A stretch of DNA of 64,000 nt, taken from assembly GCA_947087745.1 (NCBI GenBank), contig CAMUDX010000005.1, forward strand, positions 854-64,853. Direction: 5' to 3'. Below, in pieces: positions 20,713 to 29,986 of the stretch. A program made the position numbers and the translations under genes. The notes below the pieces were generated by a model. It was not told where the DNA came from and did no database searches. It worked only from the letters and a program-made list of their open reading frames with translations. Position 1 is the stretch's first letter, and every line of letters starts with the position of its first letter. The stretch comes from an uncultured Clostridium sp. (lineage in GTDB: Bacteria; Bacillota; Clostridia; TANB77; CAG-508).

Positions 20713-20742
20713 TTGATTCACCCCATTTCTATTCTTTGTCTA

Positions 20743-20768
20743 CCACTTTCTACCACTTCTCTCCACTT
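20743..20768 (-). promoter_or_regulatory. Putative MraZ operator: three AAGTGG repeats with exact 10-bp spacing
   Basis: CCACTT at 20743, 20753 and 20763 (plus strand), between the predicted promoter and the mraZ start. A fourth AAGTGT copy lies in the promoter spacer. Confidence 0.55.
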
Positions 20769-20775
20769 CATCTAA

Positions 20776-20804
20776 ATTTTAATACACTTTTATTAATATT
20801 GCAA
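20776..20804 (-). promoter_or_regulatory. Sigma-A-type promoter candidate for mraZ
   Basis: Minus strand reads TTGCAA-17 nt-TAAAAT. Confidence 0.5.
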
Positions 20805-20927
20805 GTACTTTTTTAAATTTTTTTTATTTTTTTGATATTTTTTTATTGCATTTGAAATTTTTAAGATGTTAATAGTTTCAATTTTTCTTATTTTTATAGA
20901 ATTTATGGGGCTTTTATTTGCTATTTT

Positions 20928-21608
20928 TTAATTTATTGTTGTATTCGTAGGTCCTGTTCCTACTACATTTTCTTGTAATGACCTCCATGTATTACATCCT
21001 ACTATTCCATCTGCTGATAGGCCTCTTGACCTTTGATAATTCCTTACTGCCGTTTCTGTTTGACTTCCAAATATTCCATCTAATCCCCCTGTTGGATACC
21101 CTAGTGTGTTTAAGTTATCTTGTGCTATTAGTACATAATTTCCTTTTGACCCTCTTCTTACTAATGGATATCCTCCTGAACTACATGCTGGTGTTCCAAA
21201 TCTTCTGTCAAAGTGTACCCATGTTGGTGATATCGATAATGGCTCGACATATCCCCATAGTCCTGATGAAATTGCACTGTTTCTTAATGCATTTCTTCTT
21301 GCTGGTGTGAATGTTTGTGCTACATCAAATGCTGTTCCTGCATAGTGTTGACTTTGTGAGCCATGTCCTCCTTCATATGGTCTTTTAAATGCAAATCCTA
21401 CTGGTATCGGTCCTCCCCATATATATCTTTGGCTATTCCATGCTTGCATTGTTCTTTTGTCACTCCATAATATATTGCTTTTGCTTGAGCCTCTAAATTC
21501 TCTTACTTTTAATGTTCCATTTGCATTATATGGCATTGGTTCATTTTCTCCTCGATAGTATACTTCCATTCTGTTTGTGTCATTGTTATATATTATTATC
21601 TTCGCCAT
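20928..21608 (-). CDS. Peptidase M15A-like domain fused to a PG_binding_1 domain
   Basis: SQHYAGTAFDV...WVHFD (H-x-D...H zinc-site pattern) and C-terminal NTLGYPTGGLDGIFGSQTETAVRNYQRSRGLSADGIVG. Strong AAGGAGG RBS; GC-richer than neighbours. Confidence 0.75.
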   Translation of the reverse strand: MAKIIIYNNDTNRMEVYYRGENEPMPYNANGTLKVREFRGSSKSNILWSDKRTMQAWNSQRYIWGGPIPVGFAFKRPYEGGHGSQSQHYAGTAFDVAQTFTPARRNALRNSAISSGLWGYVEPLSISPTWVHFDRRFGTPACSSGGYPLVRRGSKGNYVLIAQDNLNTLGYPTGGLDGIFGSQTETAVRNYQRSRGLSADGIVGCNTWRSLQENVVGTGPTNTTIN

Positions 21609-21697
21609 ATTCTATCCTCCTTTTATTGTTCTTCTGTATTATATGTTTTTTCTTATTTTTATGTGAGTTTGTATGTATAATAAAAAACCGAAACTAA

Positions 21698-21730
21698 GAA
21701 TTTGTACGCAGTGCAAACTGCTACAAATTC
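21698..21730 (-). terminator. Stem-loop with a GCAA tetraloop (probable terminator)
   Basis: GAATTTGTA-C-GCAGT-GCAA-ACTGC-TACAAATTC, followed on the minus strand by a T-rich stretch. Confidence 0.5.
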
Positions 21731-21867
21731 TAACTTCCGCCATAATTATCTTCTACGGAAATTTATCATACAATGATAAATTTCCTAGAATATAAAAAAG
21801 AACATCTAAACTAGACTTTTTCTAATTTATTTGCTCTTTTTTATATATTTCTATTTACTTTTATGCA

Positions 21868-22738
21868 CTATTTCATTTTATTATCTTTTAATAATTTCTT
21901 TTTATTCAATTTGTTAGTATCTAGATATTTATAATTTAATGCATTCGTTTTACTAATAACAGATTTACCTAAATTCTTTTCTATATCATCTCTTGCCACT
22001 TTAGTGGCATGCCCTCCCATTCTAGCAATTTTTCTATTTCCCTTTAAGCCATATGGTTTATGCTCTTTTGCTAATTCTCTTGTAGCTATTTCTCCTAAAT
22101 CTGTTAAAGCGACTTCAATATCAGTCATATTATCTCTTAATGATTCTTTTCTTATGTCCTTGTAGTCTTTGTATTCACTTGCTTTCATTCCTGACCAAGT
22201 TTTATATATATCATTTGTTAAAACTGCATATTGGTAATTTTCTTTAATGCCATTTTCTTGCCAAATATCAGTTAATTTTTTCTATCCAATATTCCTTTAA
22301 GTCTTGCTTCTATCCATTTATCTGAATATCCTTTGTTTCTATAATAGTCAATTGCTCTATTAATTGCTATCTCTGGATTAAAAATTTCATCTATTCTTTC
22401 TTTTCCCATATTAGCAAGCCATAATTTAAACGGCTCTGCCTTTGGGCTTGGAACTGACTCTATTAATCTTAGAATTCCTTCTGTATCTAGTGTATCTGTG
22501 TCTCTCATTTTGCCATCATTTTCAACTGTACGATATTTTCGTACAGTTGGCTTCCTTCTTGCATCAATTTTCTTTTTAAATCTGACCAATATCTTTTTGG
22601 AATTTTACTATTTGTCAATGCACTAATAACATCTATAATACTAAAATAATATTCTTCTTTATTAGAATCCCAAACACTTCTTATTTCATTTCCTTCGAAA
22701 AGATTTGAAATTGTTTCTAATTTATTATTATCTGCCAT
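21868..22738 (-). pseudogene. Bro-N / DinD-like protein gene split by two frameshifts at A-runs
   Basis: Three consecutive frames read SVWDSNKEEYYFSIIDVISAL...QLK | DGKMRDTDTLDTEGILRLIESVPSPKAEPFKLWLA...LDRK | LTDIWQENG...ESLRDNMTDIEVAL. The breaks lie at the minus-strand A4 (22519-22522) and A6 (22276-22281). Confidence 0.75.
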
Positions 22739-22887
22739 ACAAAATCATCTCCTTAGACAGTTATACCTATTTTTACTACGAACATTTGTATTGTATCATA
22801 AAGTCAGATAATACTCAATCTTTTTTTGAAAATTTTTATACCAAATTTTTATCCTTTTAATCTGTCTGATTTTTTAGTACACAATGT

Positions 22888-23477
22888 CTAATCTCTTTCT
22901 TCAAATTCCTTCATTTTTTCTATTTCTATCTCTAGATTTTTTATAATTTCTTCAAATGCATCTAATAATTGCATTAATCTATTTATATCTTTTCTTATAA
23001 TAGAAGAAATCTCTATTTGAAAACATGCTATATTGCTTTTTCTATTAATATAGTTGGAAATCGTTTTGCTATCTGAGGCTGAAAAGATTGTATCTATTCC
23101 AACTTTTCCACATTTTATTAATCCCATATTAATTATATTTAATAAATTATTAGCTCTATTTATATTATTTCCATTATCTGTTCCTATATCTATATCAAAA
23201 CCATATCCTTTTCTACATCCATGTATATCAAGCATACATACTATATTTTTTTGTTCTATAATATCTAATATTCCCTTTTTGTATTTAAAACCATATCCAC
23301 TATCTTCATAATTTGGGTCATCTATTAAATTAAATGTTCTTATTATTCCATGTGCTTTTGTTCTTCGGCATAACTCCTCAACAATGACACCTGTCATAGT
23401 ATCTGCCTTTTTTATCTCCCCATCTCTACTTTGTCTAACTGCATGTGGAGCAGATAGTAAGATTGGACTATTTCCAT
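22888..23477 (-). pseudogene. N-formylglutamate amidohydrolase-like protein; the N-terminus is out of frame with its ATG
   Basis: ILLSAPHAV and LDIHG motifs. The open frame extends upstream of M at 23397 with no in-frame start. ATG at 23477 is one base out of frame, and adding one A to the A3 run (23471-23473) would join them. Confidence 0.5.
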
Positions 23478-23631
23478 TGTTATTCTCTTTCTATAATAAT
23501 ATGTAATTATATTAATATAAAAATGGTCATTTTACAATACATAGAAGGAACTTTAAACTAGCATTTATACTATCTTAAAGTTCCCCCTATTTTTGCTCTG
23601 AGATATACCTAAACAGTCTTAATATATAATT

Positions 23632-24885
23632 TTATTTATTTAACCTCAAATGTTTTCCCCAGCAAACAGCAATAACAATTATAATAGCAATTGATAAAAG
23701 TGTAATTAAAATAACTTTTATAATATTATTTTTATTAAATATATCATCTTTATTATCCACTCTTTCTGCCTCATAAATTTCTTCTAGTTTTTTCTTATTC
23801 TCTTCTTGTTCTTGCTCATATTTACTTTGCTCTTCTTGATTTCTCTTATAGCAATTTATCTCATATACTCTCTTAGAAAAACCATTTTGTGCTGTAACTA
23901 TTACACTAATAGAATTATTACCTTCTTTCAAATTGTCTTTACCTATTATTTCAACCTTAGCATTCTCATTTTGAGGTACAGCAAATATATTCAGATTAGT
24001 AACATCATTAGGTACTTCTATACTATAATGAGTTATATTTGCATCAAAAGGAGGATTTAATAAAATATTTTCTATCGCCAAAATTTCTAAATTAGTATTT
24101 GCTAATTCAATATTATTAGTCTTAGTTACTTGTATTGTATATACTTTATTTTGAGTTTCATCCTCTGATGTAACCTTTATAATAATATTATTTAATCCTT
24201 CTTTTAGATTATTATTTCCGACTATTTCTATTTTGGCATTTGGATTTTCACTAATTGCCAAAACATCTATATCATTTATATCATTACCAACTGTTAAATA
24301 ATAATCATAGATGTTTTTGTCGAAATCGGGTATTATTCCTTCTTTATCTAACCTTAATACTTGTAATGTTGAGTTATCACTTTTACTATCTAATTGTTGA
24401 TTACTATTTTCTTGTCCTTCCACTTCTATTTCTTCTTTTCCAATTTGTATTTGAACATCTCTAAATTCTGTTTGAATTACTTGTCTTTCACTATCGTAAA
24501 ATTCACCATCTAAGTTAAAAGTTGCAATACCATTTTCCTTTGCTCTAAATCTAAATACTGCAAGTTCACCATCTTTAGGGCTACTGCCACCTGTAATATC
24601 ATACCATACATATATTACTCTATTATCTACTACATTTGTGTTTTCAGGACCTGAAATATACTCTAATTTATAGTTATCAAAATAAAGATTTGTCGTAAAT
24701 GATACCGTTTTAGTATTTTCAATTGCTACTTTTATTTCTATTTCTTCTCCTTGTTCAAAAATATTTTTATTACTCTCTAAATATACTGTTCCTGTATTAA
24801 TAGCATTTGATGTCTTGCAAAAACAGCATATTACAAGCATAATAATTAATATACATTCACTTATTACTAATATCTTCCTTTTCAT
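23632..24885 (-). CDS. Membrane-anchored cohesin-like protein with two cadherin-like beta-sandwich domains
   Basis: Signal peptide; cohesin-like module (GEEIEIKVAIEN...FTTNLYFDNYKLEYISG...GELAVFRFRAKENG); two copies of an L..L....G.I.P.FD.N...Y...V repeat; C-terminal TM and basic tail. Confidence 0.65.
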   Translation of the reverse strand: MKRKILVISECILIIMLVICCFCKTSNAINTGTVYLESNKNIFEQGEEIEIKVAIENTKTVSFTTNLYFDNYKLEYISGPENTNVVDNRVIYVWYDITGGSSPKDGELAVFRFRAKENGIATFNLDGEFYDSERQVIQTEFRDVQIQIGKEEIEVEGQENSNQQLDSKSDNSTLQVLRLDKEGIIPDFDKNIYDYYLTVGNDINDIDVLAISENPNAKIEIVGNNNLKEGLNNIIIKVTSEDETQNKVYTIQVTKTNNIELANTNLEILAIENILLNPPFDANITHYSIEVPNDVTNLNIFAVPQNENAKVEIIGKDNLKEGNNSISVIVTAQNGFSKRVYEINCYKRNQEEQSKYEQEQEENKKKLEEIYEAERVDNKDDIFNKNNIIKVILITLLSIAIIIVIAVCWGKHLRLNK

Positions 24886-24903
24886 TTACTTCCTCCTCTT
24901 TAT

Positions 24904-27153
24904 CTATTGCTCTATAACATGTAATTTTAATATATGTCTTTGTATTATTAGTAAATCAACAGATGTCGGTTTAGCTACTCTTTTACTTACATTTGATGCT
25001 TTTTTATATATTTCCTTTAAATGTTCAATTTCTAGAATGTGTCTTTGTATCACTAGTAAATCAACACTATTTATTTTTCCATCTCCATTTGCATCTCCAT
25101 ATATAATAATTGTATATTCCCTTAAAATATGATTATTTTCCTTAATTCTTATCTTAGTTCCAGTTCCCACAATATCTGTATCTTGTAATACTTTATTTTC
25201 ATTATTTACAATCTCAATTTCTAAATTAGTTATTATTTTTTGTTTTATATCTCGTACAGTATTTTCTTTATAATCTATTCCACTGATTTCTAGTTCATTT
25301 ACTTTTAATGGACTTTCAAAATCTATTTCTGAATCTTCTATTTTTCTTACTACTATTACTTTACATTCTGCTTTTATATCAGGATTTTCTTTAGAAGTTG
25401 CAACTATCGTAGTTTCACCTTGTTGATATGCTGTTATAGTTCCATCTTGCTTTATATCTACTATTTGTGCATTTGAACTACTATATATAATTCCTTTTTC
25501 ATTCGCATCTTCTGGCTCTATAATTCCTGTAATTTTAAAACTCTCTCCTATTTGTAGATAAATTTCTTCTTGTTCTAATTTTATTCCAGTTACTTTGCTG
25601 TATACCGTTATATCAATTTGACTTTGTACACTGTTCTCTTGTGCTTTTACTGTAATTGTTGTTGTTCCTGGTCTTAAAGCTTGGATAACTCCTTTATCAT
25701 CAATAGTTGCTACTCTTGAATTACTAGAACTATACAATACCTTATGACTTGATGCTTCTTGTGGAGATATACTTACTTGTAATTGTTTTGTTTCTCCTTT
25801 TTGTATTGTTGTATTATCTATTGCTAAATCAATATTTTCTATCTGAACTGGAGGTAATTCAGTAACATAAGTCTGATAAATAAATCCAACTATTCCATTA
25901 TCTAAAATAACTTTATCCCATCTTTCACCTGCTTGAATTCCTCTTCCTATTCTTGTCATTACATTTTGATAAGAAACAGTTGTAATTGTCTCATATGAAG
26001 TGCCTGGACCTGTTCTTATATTTACATTTGTTGCATTACAATATACTTTTGTATTATCTTGTATGAATTCATTTGCATTTATACCTGGACTTTGTGTTGG
26101 AATTGTAGGCATATTGTTATATACAGGTATTATAAATGTCATTGCTGTATCTAGTATTCCACTATTTTTATATCCATTATATATAGATTTAGATTCACTA
26201 TATGGTGCTAATACATTAGTCATATATTGGTGCCAAAATAGTCCATCTCCTCTATCATCATTTACATCAAATTTTTGTAAGTAAATTGTATTTTGTCCAA
26301 CATTTATATAGCTTGAGCCTATAAAAATTGCCCCTCCTGTGATTGCTCTTTCTTTCGTATTCCATGGTATTAAATATTTGTCTTTTGTCTGCTGGCTTGC
26401 TCCTTTGCCATCCTTTGCATATTGCAACCCATTTTTGATTGCTCCCATTGGCTCTGATGAACTTGTGGCCCCTATATTATAAAAATTATACAATCCTTTA
26501 AATCCATCTACTGTTCCACTAATTGAACTATGTGTTAAAAATGGTCCTACTTCCTGTTTTATTCGAGATGCTAAGTGATACGGACTTACAAGTGATGTTT
26601 GTCCCGCTCTTAAAATTAAATCTGAATATTTTTCATTCATATTATAAATATTTCCATAGCTGTCTAAATATGAAACTTTCGTACTATAGAATTCTGTACC
26701 ATATAAAATTTTTTCTATTCCATCTAAATTATTTGTAGTTACATCATAAGATAATCCTTCAAATTGGAATATTCTTACTTCGTTTAAAAAGTTTCTTGGG
26801 TCCATGCAGTATTCTACTGCTTGTCTTGAACTATCAACCCACCCACTATCAACTTCTACATTATATTGACCAGGTGTGGTATTTTTCCAACTGTCTGAAT
26901 AATTCTTTGGTACTAGGTTTTTTCCAAATACATTTTCTTGGTCTATTGCATAATTCCAATCTAAGTTGGTATATAATGCAGTAAACTTCCAATTTGGATG
27001 TTTTTTTGCTAGTTCTTTTAAATATGCTTGATAATTGCTTGGAAAATTTTCAATCCCTTGTAATTTATCTGATGCATTTACCTTATTAACTATTAATAAA
27101 AATGATAAAATTATCAAAAATATTATGATAATAAAAGAGTATTTTGCTTTCAT
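24904..27153 (-). CDS. Peptidoglycan N-acetylglucosaminidase-like hydrolase with SH3, two Big_2 and a C-terminal dockerin
   Basis: Signal peptide; glucosaminidase-like region (SPYHLASRIKQEVG...YNFYNIGA...YLQKFDV); SH3b-like VNIRTGPGTSYE; two Ig-like repeats (SSSNSRVATIDDKGVIQALRPGTTTITV); dockerin F-hand GDANGDGKINSVDLLVIQRHIL plus a degenerate second repeat TSVDLLIIQRHIL. Confidence 0.8.
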   Translation of the reverse strand: MKAKYSFIIIIFLIILSFLLIVNKVNASDKLQGIENFPSNYQAYLKELAKKHPNWKFTALYTNLDWNYAIDQENVFGKNLVPKNYSDSWKNTTPGQYNVEVDSGWVDSSRQAVEYCMDPRNFLNEVRIFQFEGLSYDVTTNNLDGIEKILYGTEFYSTKVSYLDSYGNIYNMNEKYSDLILRAGQTSLVSPYHLASRIKQEVGPFLTHSSISGTVDGFKGLYNFYNIGATSSSEPMGAIKNGLQYAKDGKGASQQTKDKYLIPWNTKERAITGGAIFIGSSYINVGQNTIYLQKFDVNDDRGDGLFWHQYMTNVLAPYSESKSIYNGYKNSGILDTAMTFIIPVYNNMPTIPTQSPGINANEFIQDNTKVYCNATNVNIRTGPGTSYETITTVSYQNVMTRIGRGIQAGERWDKVILDNGIVGFIYQTYVTELPPVQIENIDLAIDNTTIQKGETKQLQVSISPQEASSHKVLYSSSNSRVATIDDKGVIQALRPGTTTITVKAQENSVQSQIDITVYSKVTGIKLEQEEIYLQIGESFKITGIIEPEDANEKGIIYSSSNAQIVDIKQDGTITAYQQGETTIVATSKENPDIKAECKVIVVRKIEDSEIDFESPLKVNELEISGIDYKENTVRDIKQKIITNLEIEIVNNENKVLQDTDIVGTGTKIRIKENNHILREYTIIIYGDANGDGKINSVDLLVIQRHILEIEHLKEIYKKASNVSKRVAKPTSVDLLIIQRHILKLHVIEQ

Positions 27154-27165
27154 TTTATCCCCCTT

Positions 27166-27801
27166 TTAGTTTTCTACTTCCTTCGCTTTTACAATAATTC
27201 TCTTTTTAGAATCACTCGTGCATGTAATTAGCGTTACTTCTCTTTTATTATTTGTCTCTTGTGACAAACAACTTACATCATCTGGTATTACTGTGTATAT
27301 ATCATATATTTCATATTCTACTTTTCCTATCTTGTTATCTGATATAAAGAATGTATCTCCTATTACTAATTCTTTTAAATTTTGAAACATCTTCTTGTTT
27401 CTATAATTATGTCCTGCTATACAAAAATTTCCAATCTCATTTGCATTTACTCCCCAAAATTTGGTTACACATGTTTTTAAGGCTTGTACAGAATAGTTCT
27501 GTAATATATATGTTTCTAACCTAATCTTTGGAATCTCTATTTTAGCCGATACTTCATATCCTTTGTATTCTGATATTATTTCTTCTTTTGGATATGTTTT
27601 TTCCGTATTATTTGTATTTTCCCCAATATCTTTATTTTGTATACTAAGGTCTTCTATTATATATTTAGAATCTTTTGTTTCCTTTTGTTTTATCTTTCTA
27701 TCTTTGTATTCATCTATGCATATCCATATTGATATAGTTAGGATTACATATACAATTATATGTTGTATTATTTTTTTTTCTTTTTTCTTCCTTTCTCTCA
27801 T
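27166..27801 (-). CDS. Sortase
   Basis: TM anchor, IAGHN and TLITC motifs. Confidence 0.85.
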   Translation of the reverse strand: MRERKKKEKKIIQHIIVYVILTISIWICIDEYKDRKIKQKETKDSKYIIEDLSIQNKDIGENTNNTEKTYPKEEIISEYKGYEVSAKIEIPKIRLETYILQNYSVQALKTCVTKFWGVNANEIGNFCIAGHNYRNKKMFQNLKELVIGDTFFISDNKIGKVEYEIYDIYTVIPDDVSCLSQETNNKREVTLITCTSDSKKRIIVKAKEVEN

Positions 27802-27919
27802 ATTTCTTGCCTATATTGCTTATTATGCGAATATACCCTCCCATATTTCTAATTTTATATATTTTCCATATGTATTAAAGTCGCTTTGTATTTAATTACA
27901 AAACAACTTCATTGTTACT

Positions 27920-28942
27920 CTATTTCTTTTTTGTGTAAATTACATAACAGCTTATTAGTCCAACTATGACAATGATTATAGGAATATAAATGTTTTCTCC
28001 TGTCTTTGGTAAAGTATTTGGTGTTTCATTTTTTGATGTTTCTGTTGGCTTTGTTGTTTGATTATTTTCTGGCGTTGTTACTCCTGGATTTGTTTGTGTT
28101 TCTTCTTGCGCTGTAAATTGAAATGTTTCTTGACTTATAACTGTATCTGAATTATCTCTATCTATTAATTTTAATGTAATACTGTAATTTCCTACTTCAC
28201 TGAATATTCCTCTTACTTGTAGAACTTGTGCTACATCTTTTCCTCCTATTTTAAATCCTTGGGCATCTCCCCATCCACTTTCTATAATATCATGTTCTAG
28301 TCTTGCCTTGTCTGTTGCTAATAATTTTACTGTTGCTCCTGCTGGTGTAGTTGCTTCTGCTACTAATCTTGCATGCTCATAATAGTGTCCCATTGGTGAT
28401 GTGTATGAAAGTGTCATTGGTATTTCTTTCCCTTTTACTATATTTCCTGTGTGTTCTAATTTTAATGTATAATTAATATATTCTGGTTCTACTGTTACAT
28501 TTTTTACTATTGGTGTTGTGATGTCATCATAATTTATTGAAGCGTCTGGATTTGCCATACCTTCTGCTGTTACTGTAAATTCTGTTGGATTTGATGTTGT
28601 TATTCCAGCTTTTGCTCTGAATGTTACTGTCATATTTTCTCTTGGGTTTGTTCCTCCTGTTGTATCATGATATACTACTATTACTTTATCTGTTGTGTCA
28701 TTCGCTGTTCCACCTTCTGCTCTTACATATTCGAAAATATTGTCATCATATGCTACATTTATTGTATATGCTCCTAATTGTTGTCCAAATCTTACTGTTA
28801 CTGTTACTTCTTCTCCTGGTCTTACTGTTGTTTTACTTGTTTCTATATCAAATGAATTTAAAGCATCTGCATAACTACTTCCTGTAAGGATAAGTAATGA
28901 TATTATTGCGATTGCAATAATTATATTTATTATCTTTTTCAT
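27920..28942 (-). CDS. LPXTG-anchored cohesin-like surface protein
   Basis: Signal peptide; cohesin-like module (GEEVTVTVRFGQQLGAYTINVAYDDNIFEYV); C-terminal LPKTGE plus hydrophobic stretch plus KKK. Strong AGGAGG RBS. Confidence 0.75.
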   Translation of the reverse strand: MKKIINIIIAIAIISLLILTGSSYADALNSFDIETSKTTVRPGEEVTVTVRFGQQLGAYTINVAYDDNIFEYVRAEGGTANDTTDKVIVVYHDTTGGTNPRENMTVTFRAKAGITTSNPTEFTVTAEGMANPDASINYDDITTPIVKNVTVEPEYINYTLKLEHTGNIVKGKEIPMTLSYTSPMGHYYEHARLVAEATTPAGATVKLLATDKARLEHDIIESGWGDAQGFKIGGKDVAQVLQVRGIFSEVGNYSITLKLIDRDNSDTVISQETFQFTAQEETQTNPGVTTPENNQTTKPTETSKNETPNTLPKTGENIYIPIIIVIVGLISCYVIYTKKK

Positions 28943-29152
28943 TTAATTTTTCCTCCTTTTTTTGTTTTATATTTTTATTATGTCATTTTTTTTCATATTT
29001 ACTTTAGAAAAAATTTCATTTTTTCTTTTATTTTTTCAAAAATTTTTATTTTTTGCCAATATATAAAAAAATTTCATATGCAAATATAATATATCTTTAC
29101 TCAGTTCCAATTTACTAAATAGGGCTATTACCATAATCTAGCAAAAAAAAGT

Positions 29153-29192
29153 AAAAACTTCTAAACAATAATTGTTTAGAAATTTTTACCTT
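29153..29192 (-). terminator. Rho-independent terminator after the sortase gene
   Basis: Stem TTCTAAACA/TGTTTAGAA, followed on the minus strand by a T-run. Confidence 0.6.
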
Positions 29193-29212
29193 TTTTTAAT
29201 ATCATATTTTTC

Positions 29213-29971
29213 TTATACTTCTCTACATTTAACTACAACTCTAAATTTTGTATCATCTGTACATGTTATTAAAGTAACTTCTTTTCTTCCTTGTGTTAAT
29301 TGGCTTGTACATCTTGTATCAGATGGGTCTACAGTATATATATCATATGCTGCATATTGTACAGTTCTTCCTTTTAAATCTGTAACTTTCACTATGTCTC
29401 CAACACTTAATTTTGGCACTTTGCTGAAAAATCTTGAATTTTTATAGTTATGCCCTACTAAACATAGATTTCCTACTTCATTAGCCTCAGGTCCCCAAAA
29501 TTTACATATTGAAACCTTTAGTAATGCATCTGATGTCTCTGCTATTATTGGATATTTTACATTTATTTTTGGAATTTCTACTATTCCTATTATCGAATAC
29601 TCTTTTCCATTTGTTGCAACATATTTTCCTGAATTTATTAAATTCTTTTCTTTGTCTTGTAGTAATGTGGAATTTAGATTTTCATTATTATCTGTTTGTT
29701 CTGGTGTTATTCCTACTACCAGTGCATCTTCTATAAGTTCGACATCTAAAGTGTCTGTATTACCATTATCTTCTTCTGCAAAGTCTATATTACCTAACAA
29801 ATCATCTGCTAATGTACTACCCATATATCTTTCGTACTCAGAATATATGTATAGTCCTGTTAATAGTAATATTACTATTATGCACAATACAAATCCTAGT
29901 CTATACATTTTCTTTTTTCTCTTTAGTTCTGGCGTAACATATATTTTTTGTGTAACTAATATTTGATTCAT
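29213..29971 (-). CDS. Sortase
   Basis: TM anchor, LVGHN and TLITC motifs. ATG at 29971 follows AAGGTGA; the track start at 29980 lies inside the RBS. Confidence 0.85.
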   Translation of the reverse strand: MNQILVTQKIYVTPELKRKKKMYRLGFVLCIIVILLLTGLYIYSEYERYMGSTLADDLLGNIDFAEEDNGNTDTLDVELIEDALVVGITPEQTDNNENLNSTLLQDKEKNLINSGKYVATNGKEYSIIGIVEIPKINVKYPIIAETSDALLKVSICKFWGPEANEVGNLCLVGHNYKNSRFFSKVPKLSVGDIVKVTDLKGRTVQYAAYDIYTVDPSDTRCTSQLTQGRKEVTLITCTDDTKFRVVVKCREV

Positions 29972-29986
29972 CTTTATCACCTTATT

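Noticed and set aside
24940-25075. A near-identical roughly 24-nt DNA repeat inside the hydrolase gene.
   Set aside because: It encodes the two dockerin F-hand helices (VDLL[IV]IQRHIL). This is an intragenic domain duplication, not a mobile or regulatory repeat.
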